NCBI GenBank assembly: GCA_963837955.1
Contig: CAWIPH010000002.1
Span: 4,608,001-4,672,000, forward strand
Source: an uncultured Verrucomicrobiae bacterium
GTDB lineage: Bacteria > Verrucomicrobiota > Verrucomicrobiia > Chthoniobacterales > JAFAMB01
Length of the DNA: 64,000 nucleotides
Reading direction: 5' to 3'
Both the position numbers and the translations under genes were made by a program. Shown one piece after another: positions 10,356 to 18,865 of this stretch. A model generated the notes under the pieces. That model ran no database searches and was not told the origin of the DNA. It was given only the letters and a program-made list of their open reading frames with translations. How positions within the stretch are numbered: the first letter of the stretch is position 1; every line of letters begins with the position of its first letter.

Positions 10356-11489
10356 ATGGCCCAAATGGAAAATGGTCCGACGCGCGACAGTGCCAACAGC
10401 CGGCCGTTGACCTACTGGGATCTGGTCCGATGGCTAGGTATCGTCGCGCTGATCGCGTTTGGTGTGACGCTAACGTTCGCAATCAAAGAGACTTTGTTAC
10501 TTTTTTCCATCGCGTTCCTCATAGCGATGGTCCTCAATCCGATAGTCTCCTGGTTGGAACGACGAGGGCTGAATCGAGGTTTGGCGGTCTTGCTCCTGAC
10601 GGTCGTGCTGTTGTCCACATTCGCTCTTCTCGCTTTTTTGTTACTTCCGCCATTCTTGGAGCAGCTGCAGCAGTTAACCGAACAAATTCCCGGCGAGTGG
10701 AAGAGAATTTACGAACAGTTCCAGGACTGGATCAAAACGTACCCGGCTTTGCAACAAGCCTTGCCCAGTCACGCCGGCGATATGCTGAATGTTCTGACCG
10801 CACAGGTAGGCGGAATAGCGAACTTCCTGCTTCGTTCCACCCTCAACCTCGTAAATGGGCTTTTTGTCGGTCTGCTCTGTTTTCTGGTAGTGATTTTTAC
10901 CTTGGTTGATCCAGAGCCGATTACAACCGCTTACCTTGAATTGGTTCCTCCGCGATATAGAGAGCCGGCCTACCGCTCGCTGGCTCGCCTGACGCAACAG
11001 GTGGGCGCCTGGGCTCGAGCCGTCATCATTAATGGCATCGTGACCGGCGCAACTACCGGCATTCTGCTCGCTCTGGTTGGAGTTCAACCCGCGTTCCTCT
11101 TCGGCGTATTGGCGTTTCTGGGCGAGTTCGTACCAATCATCGGACCGGTCATTGTTTCCGTTCCGGCCCTGTTCGTTGCCGCGAGCATGGGCTTTGGGAA
11201 ATTCGTTCTCGCTCTTCTGTCGTTCTTGTTTGTTCAACAGGTCGAAACCAATCTACTGGTCCCTTTCATCATGGGGAAACAGATGAAATTACATCCCGTC
11301 ACTATCATATTTTTTACGTTAGCCATGAGTTCCTTGTTCGGCTTTCTCGGAGCGATTCTCGTGGTCCCGACGGCAGCGGCGGTTAAAATATTTATCAGTG
11401 AATTTTATTTGCGGCCGCGCGGGATCCGATCCGAAGAGGTCGTTCAGCAAGCGCGCGAGCTGGCCAGTGGTCAGGCTAAGATTGATTGA
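10356..11489 (+). CDS. AI-2E family (PerM/UPF0118) transporter
   Basis: Multi-TM protein with LNPIVSWLERRGL, FVPIIGPVI, QQVETNLLVPFIMG, LHPVTII, LGAILVVP. Confidence 0.88.
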   Translation: MAQMENGPTRDSANSRPLTYWDLVRWLGIVALIAFGVTLTFAIKETLLLFSIAFLIAMVLNPIVSWLERRGLNRGLAVLLLTVVLLSTFALLAFLLLPPFLEQLQQLTEQIPGEWKRIYEQFQDWIKTYPALQQALPSHAGDMLNVLTAQVGGIANFLLRSTLNLVNGLFVGLLCFLVVIFTLVDPEPITTAYLELVPPRYREPAYRSLARLTQQVGAWARAVIINGIVTGATTGILLALVGVQPAFLFGVLAFLGEFVPIIGPVIVSVPALFVAASMGFGKFVLALLSFLFVQQVETNLLVPFIMGKQMKLHPVTIIFFTLAMSSLFGFLGAILVVPTAAAVKIFISEFYLRPRGIRSEEVVQQARELASGQAKID

Positions 11490-11620
11490 AACGGACACCA
11501 GGCTTTCAAAACGAGCCGGGTAGTGCGTCTGGTGTGACCAAAGTCTGTCTCTTTGCCGAAGGGATCGCTTTGCTGGCATTCATACCGTTGTTGATCGGTG
11601 AGTACGAATCGGTCGAGTAC

Positions 11621-11706
11621 GCGGCTCAAACCCGGCGCGAAAGGCGCAAATTGATATCGGCGACGCTTTCCGGCGCGCCTAAAGTTTTCGCCCTACCGAC
11701 CATGGG
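11621..11706. repeat. GTAG-type REP-like repeat, family B, copy 1
   Basis: ggctcaaacccggcgc...ccggcgcg..gttttcgccctaccga; homologous copies at 38839-38920 and 62785-62865. Confidence 0.7.
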
Positions 11707-11787
11707 TTTGATTCGCAGTGATTTCTGTTTTTGTCATTCGTTTTGAAATTTTAAATCCACCCGCGGGAGCGCGTTACAAGGCCCACG

Positions 11788-11829
11788 AAAAAAGAAAGCG
11801 GCTCTGGGCGCTTGGCCCAGAGCCGCTTC
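11788..11829 (-). terminator. Rho-independent terminator of TonB-dependent receptor 1
   Basis: aagcggctctgggc/gcccagagccgctt stem with a U-tract on the minus strand. Confidence 0.8.
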
Positions 11830-11846
11830 GGAATTGTAATCAGATT

Positions 11847-14789
11847 CTAGAACTTCTTCTCGACCGACATGTAGTAGAAGCGACCAAGAGGGTTCGTGTT
11901 GCCGGTATCCCAGCCTTGAAACCAGTCGGCGGAGAACGGCGGCGCGCTGTTAAAGAGATTGTTGATGCCAATGGTGAAGGTCGTGTTGGCCAGGAACGTA
12001 CGCCAGCCCCAACTCGATCCCTCCGGCTTCGGAGCAATCGCCTTTTCTCCGATCACTCTCTTACCCTCTTTGTCGTAGCCAGGTTTCGGTGTTTCCGGGA
12101 CCACTTCGGCCGGCGCTCCGAATTTGTAGGAGATCTGCCAGTCGAGCGTCGTCCAGCTACCTATTGTGTGGACACGACCACCGGGATCCAGAGATGCCAG
12201 CGCGTTCGTGCCAAAGTTGTTATCGTTAATATCATGCTCGGAGTCCCAGTAGTTAACCGTTAATCCGGTCCGGACGGTGTCTATTCCGAAAATTGTCTTC
12301 GAGTAGAAAATGCTGGCAACACTCTTGAAATCGGGTGTGCCGTAGAGAGAGGTCGTATCCACGACTTCGAAGGCCGGCGGATTACCATTGGCTCTGGGAA
12401 TGACCTCTTTTGTGGAGCTATGTTCGTAATAGGTGGCGTTGGCCTCGATATCCAGCTTGCCCCAACAGTATTCCTTGGTGATGTAACTAAAGCCGAAATC
12501 GAAGCCGTCGTTGGTGGAACGGCCGAGGTTTTGGAAGGTGGCATTGACGATTTGGATTTGGCCGGCGCCGTTGCGTATCACCGCACCAGCGGGGGCGAAT
12601 CCCCCGAGGTCCACCAGCGTCTGCGGCGTAAGTTGACCGATCAGGTTACGGATATGGATCTGGAACCAATCGACATAAGCCGTAAAACCGTTCGCCCAGC
12701 CCCACCAACTGTGCTCCGGATCGCTGGCTCCAGGGGTCCAGACTGCTCCGGCAAAATAGCTATAGGAATTCTCGGGTTTCAGGCGTGTGTTACCTCCGGT
12801 GAAGGTGATGATCGTGGCGGTTCTGTTACCATTTTGCGGGTCGACGACGCTAGTTTGGGCACCGATTGGTGCGCCGAACAGTTCTGCCAAGGAGGGAGCG
12901 GTGAAGCCTTCGTCATAGCTGGCACGGAAGGTCAGGTCGTTAAACGGTTTGTAGGAAATCGCAAATTTGGGTTTCGCCGCGCTGCCGAAGGTGCTGTAGT
13001 CATCGTACCGTTCTTGAACGCTAAGCTGAAGCGACCGCGCTCCAGGCCAGGACCATTTGTCGCCCAACAGAGGGATTTCTAAGTCGACAAAGCCGCTGTG
13101 AACCCAACGTCGTGCGGTGGTCAGATGACCGGGCGAAAAATCGTTCGAAGTGACGTTCCCAAATTTACTGTCTGGATCCTGGTTATTAATAAGTTCTTCG
13201 CTGCGGTATTCGAGACCCCCAGCGACCGTAACCGGTCCGGAACAAAGATCGATCAACGTGCCGCCAGCTGATATATGCCAGGTGAGCACGCTAGTCCGAA
13301 CGTCTTCCCATTGGATCGTCCGCAACGGGCCATAGAACTGCTGGTTGAAATTGCCGGCGAATCGCTCGTCGATAAACGGGTTGAAGAACTGGCCGATATG
13401 ACCCGGTAATTGTCCGGCCAACGCTTGACTCAGTCTTTGCTTGTTAGTGCCGTTGTACACATATTGCGTGCCGTCGCTTTCGCCGTATTGGAAGTTGGCA
13501 TCAATCACCCAATCGTGCGGCAGCTGGAGAGTCGCACCCACCACGTTGCGGATCGTTCGGATAATCACGGTCGACTTCCACGCACCCATCTCCGGAAGAT
13601 ACATGCCGCCCGGAAAAGCAATTTGCACAGGCTCACCGGTCTTATTCCACGGACTCGTCGTAGGGATAATCATCGGCGCAAAACCGTTCACGTCGAAGCC
13701 GGCGAACCCTTGGTTCGGAGTTTGGGCGCTCTCTTCGTTTCGCTGAATGATCAGCTGATCGTAGAATTTGAGATTTTGAGTTACGTCCAGATTGACCTTA
13801 ACCATGCCACCATAGCGGGTCTCCCGAGGTAAAATCTGCCAATAGTTTGGTGAGAAGTTGAGATTGACCGGCACGTTGGCATTTGCAGCCGTCAGAAATC
13901 CGTTCGCCGGTCTGGTCCCTTTCAGTACCGTGTAAAGAGTACCGGTGTTTTGGCCCACGAAAGAGCCGGCCGTCGATTCAAGGAAAGGAATCGCAGGATA
14001 TCTGGGCGACAGCACGCTGTGGTCGGGATTGGCGGAATAGGGACGATCCGCGGCGTCAATCGGACCCTGTTCGAAGTAATCGAAGGTTACCACGATGCTC
14101 AGCTTGCTCGTGTCGCTGAATTTGTGGCTGACGCCACCCACCAAAGAACCGTGATAGGTCTCGGCGTCGCCATGCTCGCTGATGCCCCAGTATTGCAGGA
14201 TATCAGCGCCGTTATACTCGTCTTTGGTGATGATGTTGACGACACCGGCGATGGCGTCGGAACCGTAGACGGCGCTACCGCCATCGTTCAGGATTTCAAT
14301 GCGATCGATCGAAGCCAATGGGATGGAGTTGATGTCGATGAAACTGATCACGGCGGCGGTCGAAACCTGGGGGAATGGGAATGCGGGGAACCGCTTGCCG
14401 TCGATTAAGACCAAGCTGAAGTTCGGTGCCAAGCCGTGGAGGCCAATCGAGGACGAGGCCGGAGAAAAGCTGTTACCGCTCGTGGTAGTAGGCGAAAAGT
14501 TACCTTCCGTCGATGGCAAGCGCTGAAGTACATCGGTGATCGTTTGGTCACCCTGTTTGGTGATAAAATCTTGGTCCAACGTCGTAACCGGCTGTGGCCC
14601 TTCCCCGACTCGGGGGATAATGTAACCGGTCACGGTGATCTGCTGCAGTTGCCCTCCCTGCTCGTTTACACTCGTTGGATTTGGCCCCGGGGCGGGCGTA
14701 GGCGCTTGTGCGTATGCAATCCCTCCCAGTGTCATGGCTATCGCTAGTTCGGCCGCACAGGCCAGACTAATGTGTCTTAGCTTAATCAT
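11847..14789 (-). CDS. TonB-dependent receptor 1
   Basis: Signal peptide, TonB-box-like LQQITVTG, plug motifs LVLIDGKR and IDRIEILNDGGSAVYGSDAIAGVVNIITK, C-terminal Phe (VEKKF); SD ggag. Confidence 0.93.
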   Translation of the reverse strand: MIKLRHISLACAAELAIAMTLGGIAYAQAPTPAPGPNPTSVNEQGGQLQQITVTGYIIPRVGEGPQPVTTLDQDFITKQGDQTITDVLQRLPSTEGNFSPTTTSGNSFSPASSSIGLHGLAPNFSLVLIDGKRFPAFPFPQVSTAAVISFIDINSIPLASIDRIEILNDGGSAVYGSDAIAGVVNIITKDEYNGADILQYWGISEHGDAETYHGSLVGGVSHKFSDTSKLSIVVTFDYFEQGPIDAADRPYSANPDHSVLSPRYPAIPFLESTAGSFVGQNTGTLYTVLKGTRPANGFLTAANANVPVNLNFSPNYWQILPRETRYGGMVKVNLDVTQNLKFYDQLIIQRNEESAQTPNQGFAGFDVNGFAPMIIPTTSPWNKTGEPVQIAFPGGMYLPEMGAWKSTVIIRTIRNVVGATLQLPHDWVIDANFQYGESDGTQYVYNGTNKQRLSQALAGQLPGHIGQFFNPFIDERFAGNFNQQFYGPLRTIQWEDVRTSVLTWHISAGGTLIDLCSGPVTVAGGLEYRSEELINNQDPDSKFGNVTSNDFSPGHLTTARRWVHSGFVDLEIPLLGDKWSWPGARSLQLSVQERYDDYSTFGSAAKPKFAISYKPFNDLTFRASYDEGFTAPSLAELFGAPIGAQTSVVDPQNGNRTATIITFTGGNTRLKPENSYSYFAGAVWTPGASDPEHSWWGWANGFTAYVDWFQIHIRNLIGQLTPQTLVDLGGFAPAGAVIRNGAGQIQIVNATFQNLGRSTNDGFDFGFSYITKEYCWGKLDIEANATYYEHSSTKEVIPRANGNPPAFEVVDTTSLYGTPDFKSVASIFYSKTIFGIDTVRTGLTVNYWDSEHDINDNNFGTNALASLDPGGRVHTIGSWTTLDWQISYKFGAPAEVVPETPKPGYDKEGKRVIGEKAIAPKPEGSSWGWRTFLANTTFTIGINNLFNSAPPFSADWFQGWDTGNTNPLGRFYYMSVEKKF

Positions 14790-15006
14790 TTCTCCTTGGT
14801 CTCTTGGGGTATTTTAAAGGAACGCTAAAGCCCTTGGCTAAAGTTATTCCGGAAACAGCCCGCCTCCGCAGATGCAGCGATTTTTGCCCAAAAATCGTCG
14901 TTAGCCTTATGGCCTTTAAGCTAAATGACGTTTTTGTGAAAAAATCGTCACTCGGTCAAGAAAAAGACGTGAAATATTTTGAACGGTTTCGGCAGCCAAG
15001 TGTCAA
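14790..15006 (-). promoter_or_regulatory. Conserved upstream block of the TBDR paralogues (copy before TBDR1)
   Basis: Ordered motifs ccggaaa, aagct, aaaatcg..ac.cggtcaagaaaa, tttgaac, tgtcaa, shared with regions upstream of TBDR2, 3 and 5. Confidence 0.6.
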
Positions 15007-15374
15007 GTTTTCCGGTTTTTGCACGAACCACAAGCCCGGGTAATGTGGGTTTTTCTCGCACCGAGAAGACCGAAAAACCATTATGGACTTCCCCGGCTAT
15101 TCGTCCGCCGCGGAAGAGAGCGCGCGAGATTTTCGCTTCACGCCAAGCTTCGATATTCAGCTTTCGTGCGCAACGTGCGATCCAACGACAAGCACGAGGA
15201 AGAGTTCGCGGTTGGGGCCGCGCGGCGATTGTAAAGCAATCCGTCAACTCAGCTAGCGACGAAAGTCAGGTGGAATACCCGAAAGACCTATTGGCGCCGC
15301 CTCCCTAAGGACTCCGAACGAAATTCAATCGAGAGAGCGTTTTCTAGCTCGAAAGTACGCCGGCGGAAAAAGGC

Positions 15375-15414
15375 AAAAACAAAAAGCGCAGGATCCACAC
15401 CGATCCTGCGCTTT
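15375..15414 (-). terminator. Rho-independent terminator of TBDR2
   Basis: aaagcgcaggatc/gatcctgcgcttt stem plus A-run (U-tract on minus). Confidence 0.8.
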
Positions 15415-15433
15415 GGATGAGTCAACCCGCCGA

Positions 15434-18373
15434 TCAGAACTTCTTCTCGACCGACATGAAGTAGAAGCGACCGTAAGGATTTGTATTCCCAGTGTCGTAG
15501 CCCTGAAACCAGTCGGCTGAGAGCGGCGGCGCGCTGTTAAAGAGGTTGTTAATACCGAAGGAGAAGGTCGTGTTGGCGAGCAAAGTACGCCACCCCCAGG
15601 ATGATCCCTCTGGCTTGGGCGCGATCGCTTTTTCTCCGATCATTCTTTTGCCCTCTTTGTCGTAACCAGGTTTCGGAGTTTCCGGCACCACCTCGGCCGG
15701 TGCTCCAAATTTGTAAGAGACCAACAAATCAAGCGTCGTCCAGCTACCGATCTGGTGGACACGGCCACCGGGGTCGAGACCTGCCAACGCGTTCGTGCCA
15801 AAACTATTATCGTTAATGTCATGCTCGGAGTCCCAATAGTTGACCGTCAACCCGGTCCGGAAAGTGTCGACCCCAAACACCGTCTTTGAGTAGAAAGCGC
15901 TGGCAACACTCTTGAAATCGGGAAAGCCGTAAGCGGAGGTCGTATCCACGACTTCGAAGGCCGGTGCATTACCATTGGCCCTGGCAATGACCGCCTTACT
16001 AGAAGAGTGCGCGTAGTAGGTGGCGTTCGCTTCTAGGTCGAGCTTGCCCCAGCAGTATTCCTTGGTGATGTAACTAAAGCCGAAATCGAAGCCGTCATTG
16101 GTGGATTCGCCAACGTTATTAAATGTGGCATTGACGACCTGGATTTGGCCGGCGCCGTTACGGATGACTGCACCGGGCGGAGCGAAGCCCCCGAGGTCGA
16201 CCAACGTTTGAGCCGTGAGGTTACCGATCAGGTTACGGATATAGATCTGGAACCAATCGACATAGGCCGTAAAACCGTTGGCCCAACCCCACCAACTGTG
16301 TTCCGGATCGCTTGATCCGGGGCTCCAAACTGCTCCGGCGAAATAGCTATAGGAATTTTCGGGTTTCAGGCGGGTGTTACCCCCAGTGAAAGTGATGATC
16401 GTGACGGTTTTATTGCCGTTTTGCGGATCGACGACCTGGGTCTGGGCTCCAATTGGAGCGCCAAACAGTTCGGCCAGGGAAGGAGCCGCGAACCCTTCAT
16501 CATAGCTAGCGCGCAGGGTTAGGTCGTTAAACGGTTTGTAGGCAAGCGCAAATTTGGGTTTCGCCGCGCTCCCGAAGGTGCTGTAGTCGTCATACCGTTC
16601 TTGAATGCTTAGCTGGAGTGATCGCGCTCCGGGCCAGGACCATTTGTCGCCCAGCAAAGGAATCTCCAAGTCAACAAAGCCGCTGTGAACCCAACGTCGC
16701 GCGGTCGTTAGCGGGCCCGGCGAAAAGTCGTTCGAAGTAATGTTCGCGAATTTACTGTCCGGATCCTGGTTGTTGACCAGTTCTTCGCTGCGGTACTCGA
16801 GACCACCGGCAACCGTAACCGGTCCGGAACATAGGTCGATCAACGTGCCGCCACCCGAGAGATGCCAAGTGAGCACGCTGGTGCGCACGTCTTCCCATTG
16901 GATCGTTCTTAAGGGGCCATAGAACTGCTGGTTGAAGTTGCCGGCAAACCGTTCATCGATGAACGGATTGAAGAACTGGCCGATATGACCCGGCAATTGT
17001 CCGGCCAGCGCCTGACTGAGTCTTTGCTTGTTCGTGGCGTTGTAGACGTATTGGGTGCCGTCGCTTTCTCCGTACTGGAAGTTGGCGTCAATCACCCAAC
17101 CGTGCGGCAGCTGGAGAGTCGCGCCCGCCACGTTGCGGATCGTTCGGATAGTCACGGTCGACTTCCACGCACCCATTTCCGGGAGATACATACCACCCGG
17201 AAAAGCAATTTGCACCGGCTCACCGGTCTTATTCCAGGGACTCGTTGTCGGGACAATCAGTGGCGCAAAACCGTTCACGTCGAAGCCGGCAAACCCTTGG
17301 TTCGGTGTTTGAGCGCTTTCTTCGTTCCGCTGAATGAACAGCTGATCATAGAATCTCAGGTTCTGAGTCACATCCAGATTGACCTTAACCATGCCACCAT
17401 AGCGGGTTTCCCGAGGCAAAATCTGCCAATATTGCGGTGAGTAGTTGAGGTTAACCGGTACGTTGGCGTTCTTCGCTGTGAGGAAACCGTTAGCCGGTCT
17501 GGTCCCTTTCAATACCGTGTAAACGGTACCGGTGTTTTGGCCTACGAAAGAACCAGCTGTGTCTTCGAGGAAAGAAAGTGCAGGATAGGCGGGAGACAAA
17601 ACGCTATGGTCGGGATTGGCGGAGTAGGGACGATCCGCGGCATCAATCGGACCTTGTTCGAAGTAATCGAAGGTTGCCACGATGCTGAGCTTTGAATCGT
17701 CACTCCATAGTTTGTGACTAACGCCAGCCACCAGCGAACCGTGATAGGTTTCGGCATCGCCATGTTCGCTAATCCCCCAGTATTGATAGATATCAGCGCC
17801 ATTATACTCGTCTTTGGTGATGATATTGACGACACCAGCGATGGCGTCCGAACCGTAAACGGCGCTACCGCCATCATTCAGGATTTCAATCCGATCAACG
17901 GAAGCCAACGGAATCGAGTTGATATCGATGAAGCTGGAAACACCGGAGGTCGACACCTGCGGGAACGGGAATGCGGGGAACCGCTTACCGTCGACCAACA
18001 CCAGAGAGAATTGGGGTGGCAAACCGTGCAGGCTGATCGAGGACGAGGCCGGAGAAAAGCTGTTGCCACTGGTGGTGGTCGGCGAAAAATTGCCTTCCGT
18101 CGACGGTAAACGCTGCAGTACGTCGGTGATGGTTTGATCACCTTGCTTCGTAATAAAATCTTGGTCGAGAGTCGTAACCGGCTGCGGACCTTCCCCGACC
18201 CGCGGGAGGATGTAACCGGTAACGGTGATTTGCTGCAATTGGCCACCTTGCGCGTTTACACCTGTCGGATTTGGGCCGGGCGTAGGCGCCTGAGCGTACA
18301 CGCTCGCTCCAAAGATCACGGCTATAGCCAGTTCGGCCGCACAGGCCAAACCAATGTCTCTTAGTCTTATCAT
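15434..18373 (-). CDS. TonB-dependent receptor 2 (very close paralogue of receptor 1)
   Basis: Same plug and barrel motifs, with long stretches identical to TBDR1. Start ATG 18373 (MIRLRDIG) follows SD ggag. Confidence 0.93.
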   Translation of the reverse strand: MIRLRDIGLACAAELAIAVIFGASVYAQAPTPGPNPTGVNAQGGQLQQITVTGYILPRVGEGPQPVTTLDQDFITKQGDQTITDVLQRLPSTEGNFSPTTTSGNSFSPASSSISLHGLPPQFSLVLVDGKRFPAFPFPQVSTSGVSSFIDINSIPLASVDRIEILNDGGSAVYGSDAIAGVVNIITKDEYNGADIYQYWGISEHGDAETYHGSLVAGVSHKLWSDDSKLSIVATFDYFEQGPIDAADRPYSANPDHSVLSPAYPALSFLEDTAGSFVGQNTGTVYTVLKGTRPANGFLTAKNANVPVNLNYSPQYWQILPRETRYGGMVKVNLDVTQNLRFYDQLFIQRNEESAQTPNQGFAGFDVNGFAPLIVPTTSPWNKTGEPVQIAFPGGMYLPEMGAWKSTVTIRTIRNVAGATLQLPHGWVIDANFQYGESDGTQYVYNATNKQRLSQALAGQLPGHIGQFFNPFIDERFAGNFNQQFYGPLRTIQWEDVRTSVLTWHLSGGGTLIDLCSGPVTVAGGLEYRSEELVNNQDPDSKFANITSNDFSPGPLTTARRWVHSGFVDLEIPLLGDKWSWPGARSLQLSIQERYDDYSTFGSAAKPKFALAYKPFNDLTLRASYDEGFAAPSLAELFGAPIGAQTQVVDPQNGNKTVTIITFTGGNTRLKPENSYSYFAGAVWSPGSSDPEHSWWGWANGFTAYVDWFQIYIRNLIGNLTAQTLVDLGGFAPPGAVIRNGAGQIQVVNATFNNVGESTNDGFDFGFSYITKEYCWGKLDLEANATYYAHSSSKAVIARANGNAPAFEVVDTTSAYGFPDFKSVASAFYSKTVFGVDTFRTGLTVNYWDSEHDINDNSFGTNALAGLDPGGRVHQIGSWTTLDLLVSYKFGAPAEVVPETPKPGYDKEGKRMIGEKAIAPKPEGSSWGWRTLLANTTFSFGINNLFNSAPPLSADWFQGYDTGNTNPYGRFYFMSVEKKF

Positions 18374-18616
18374 TTCTCCCTGGTTTGTTGAGAGGTGACC
18401 CGAATTTCTCGTTCCGCCTCTGTTTTTAAATGGGTGCTTCGGCACTAGGATAGGTTCATGCCGGAAAACGCCCCGGTTGAATGAGATACCGGGGTTTCGC
18501 CCAGACTCCCTTTTTGCCCAACGCCCTTAAGCTAATTGAGGGTTTTGTGAGAAAATCGTTACCGGGTCAAGAAAAAGACGCAAAATTTTTGAACAATTGC
18601 GATAATCGAATGTCAA
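18374..18616 (-). promoter_or_regulatory. Conserved upstream block (copy before TBDR2)
   Basis: gccggaaaac, aacgcccttaagct, aaaatcgttaccgggtcaagaaaaagacg, tttttgaac, tgtcaa. Confidence 0.6.
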
Positions 18617-18805
18617 TCACTCGATTTTGGTCATTTCCGTGGTGCAACTCCCTTTGCATCCTACGACAACGGAAAACAAATAACTGATGCAATTCGGGAT
18701 CGATTAGAATCCAGAGTCGCTATATATCCTGCCCGGAAAGCGGTAATCGAAGCTCTTCGACCTGAGTCGCTCGCGTGAGCGTTCGCCATGAGCTGAATGA
18801 ACCAC

Positions 18806-18840
18806 AAAAAAACGCAGGATCCGTGTCGATCCTGCGCTTT
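18806..18840 (-). terminator. Rho-independent terminator of TBDR3
   Basis: cgcaggatc/gatcctgcg stem plus A-run; same stem as the TBDR2 terminator. Confidence 0.8.
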
Positions 18841-18865
18841 CTGAGCAAATCTGGAAACTCGTTCC

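Noticed and set aside
14790..15006. Cobalamin or TPP riboswitch in the TBDR leaders
   Set aside because: I could not find the B12-box/GCCACTG or TPP CTGAGA-type cores; an Rfam scan would be decisive.
11847..18373. Diversity-generating retroelement (template/variable repeat) among the TBDR paralogues
   Set aside because: No reverse transcriptase, and the differences are spread across whole genes rather than visibly adenine-specific.
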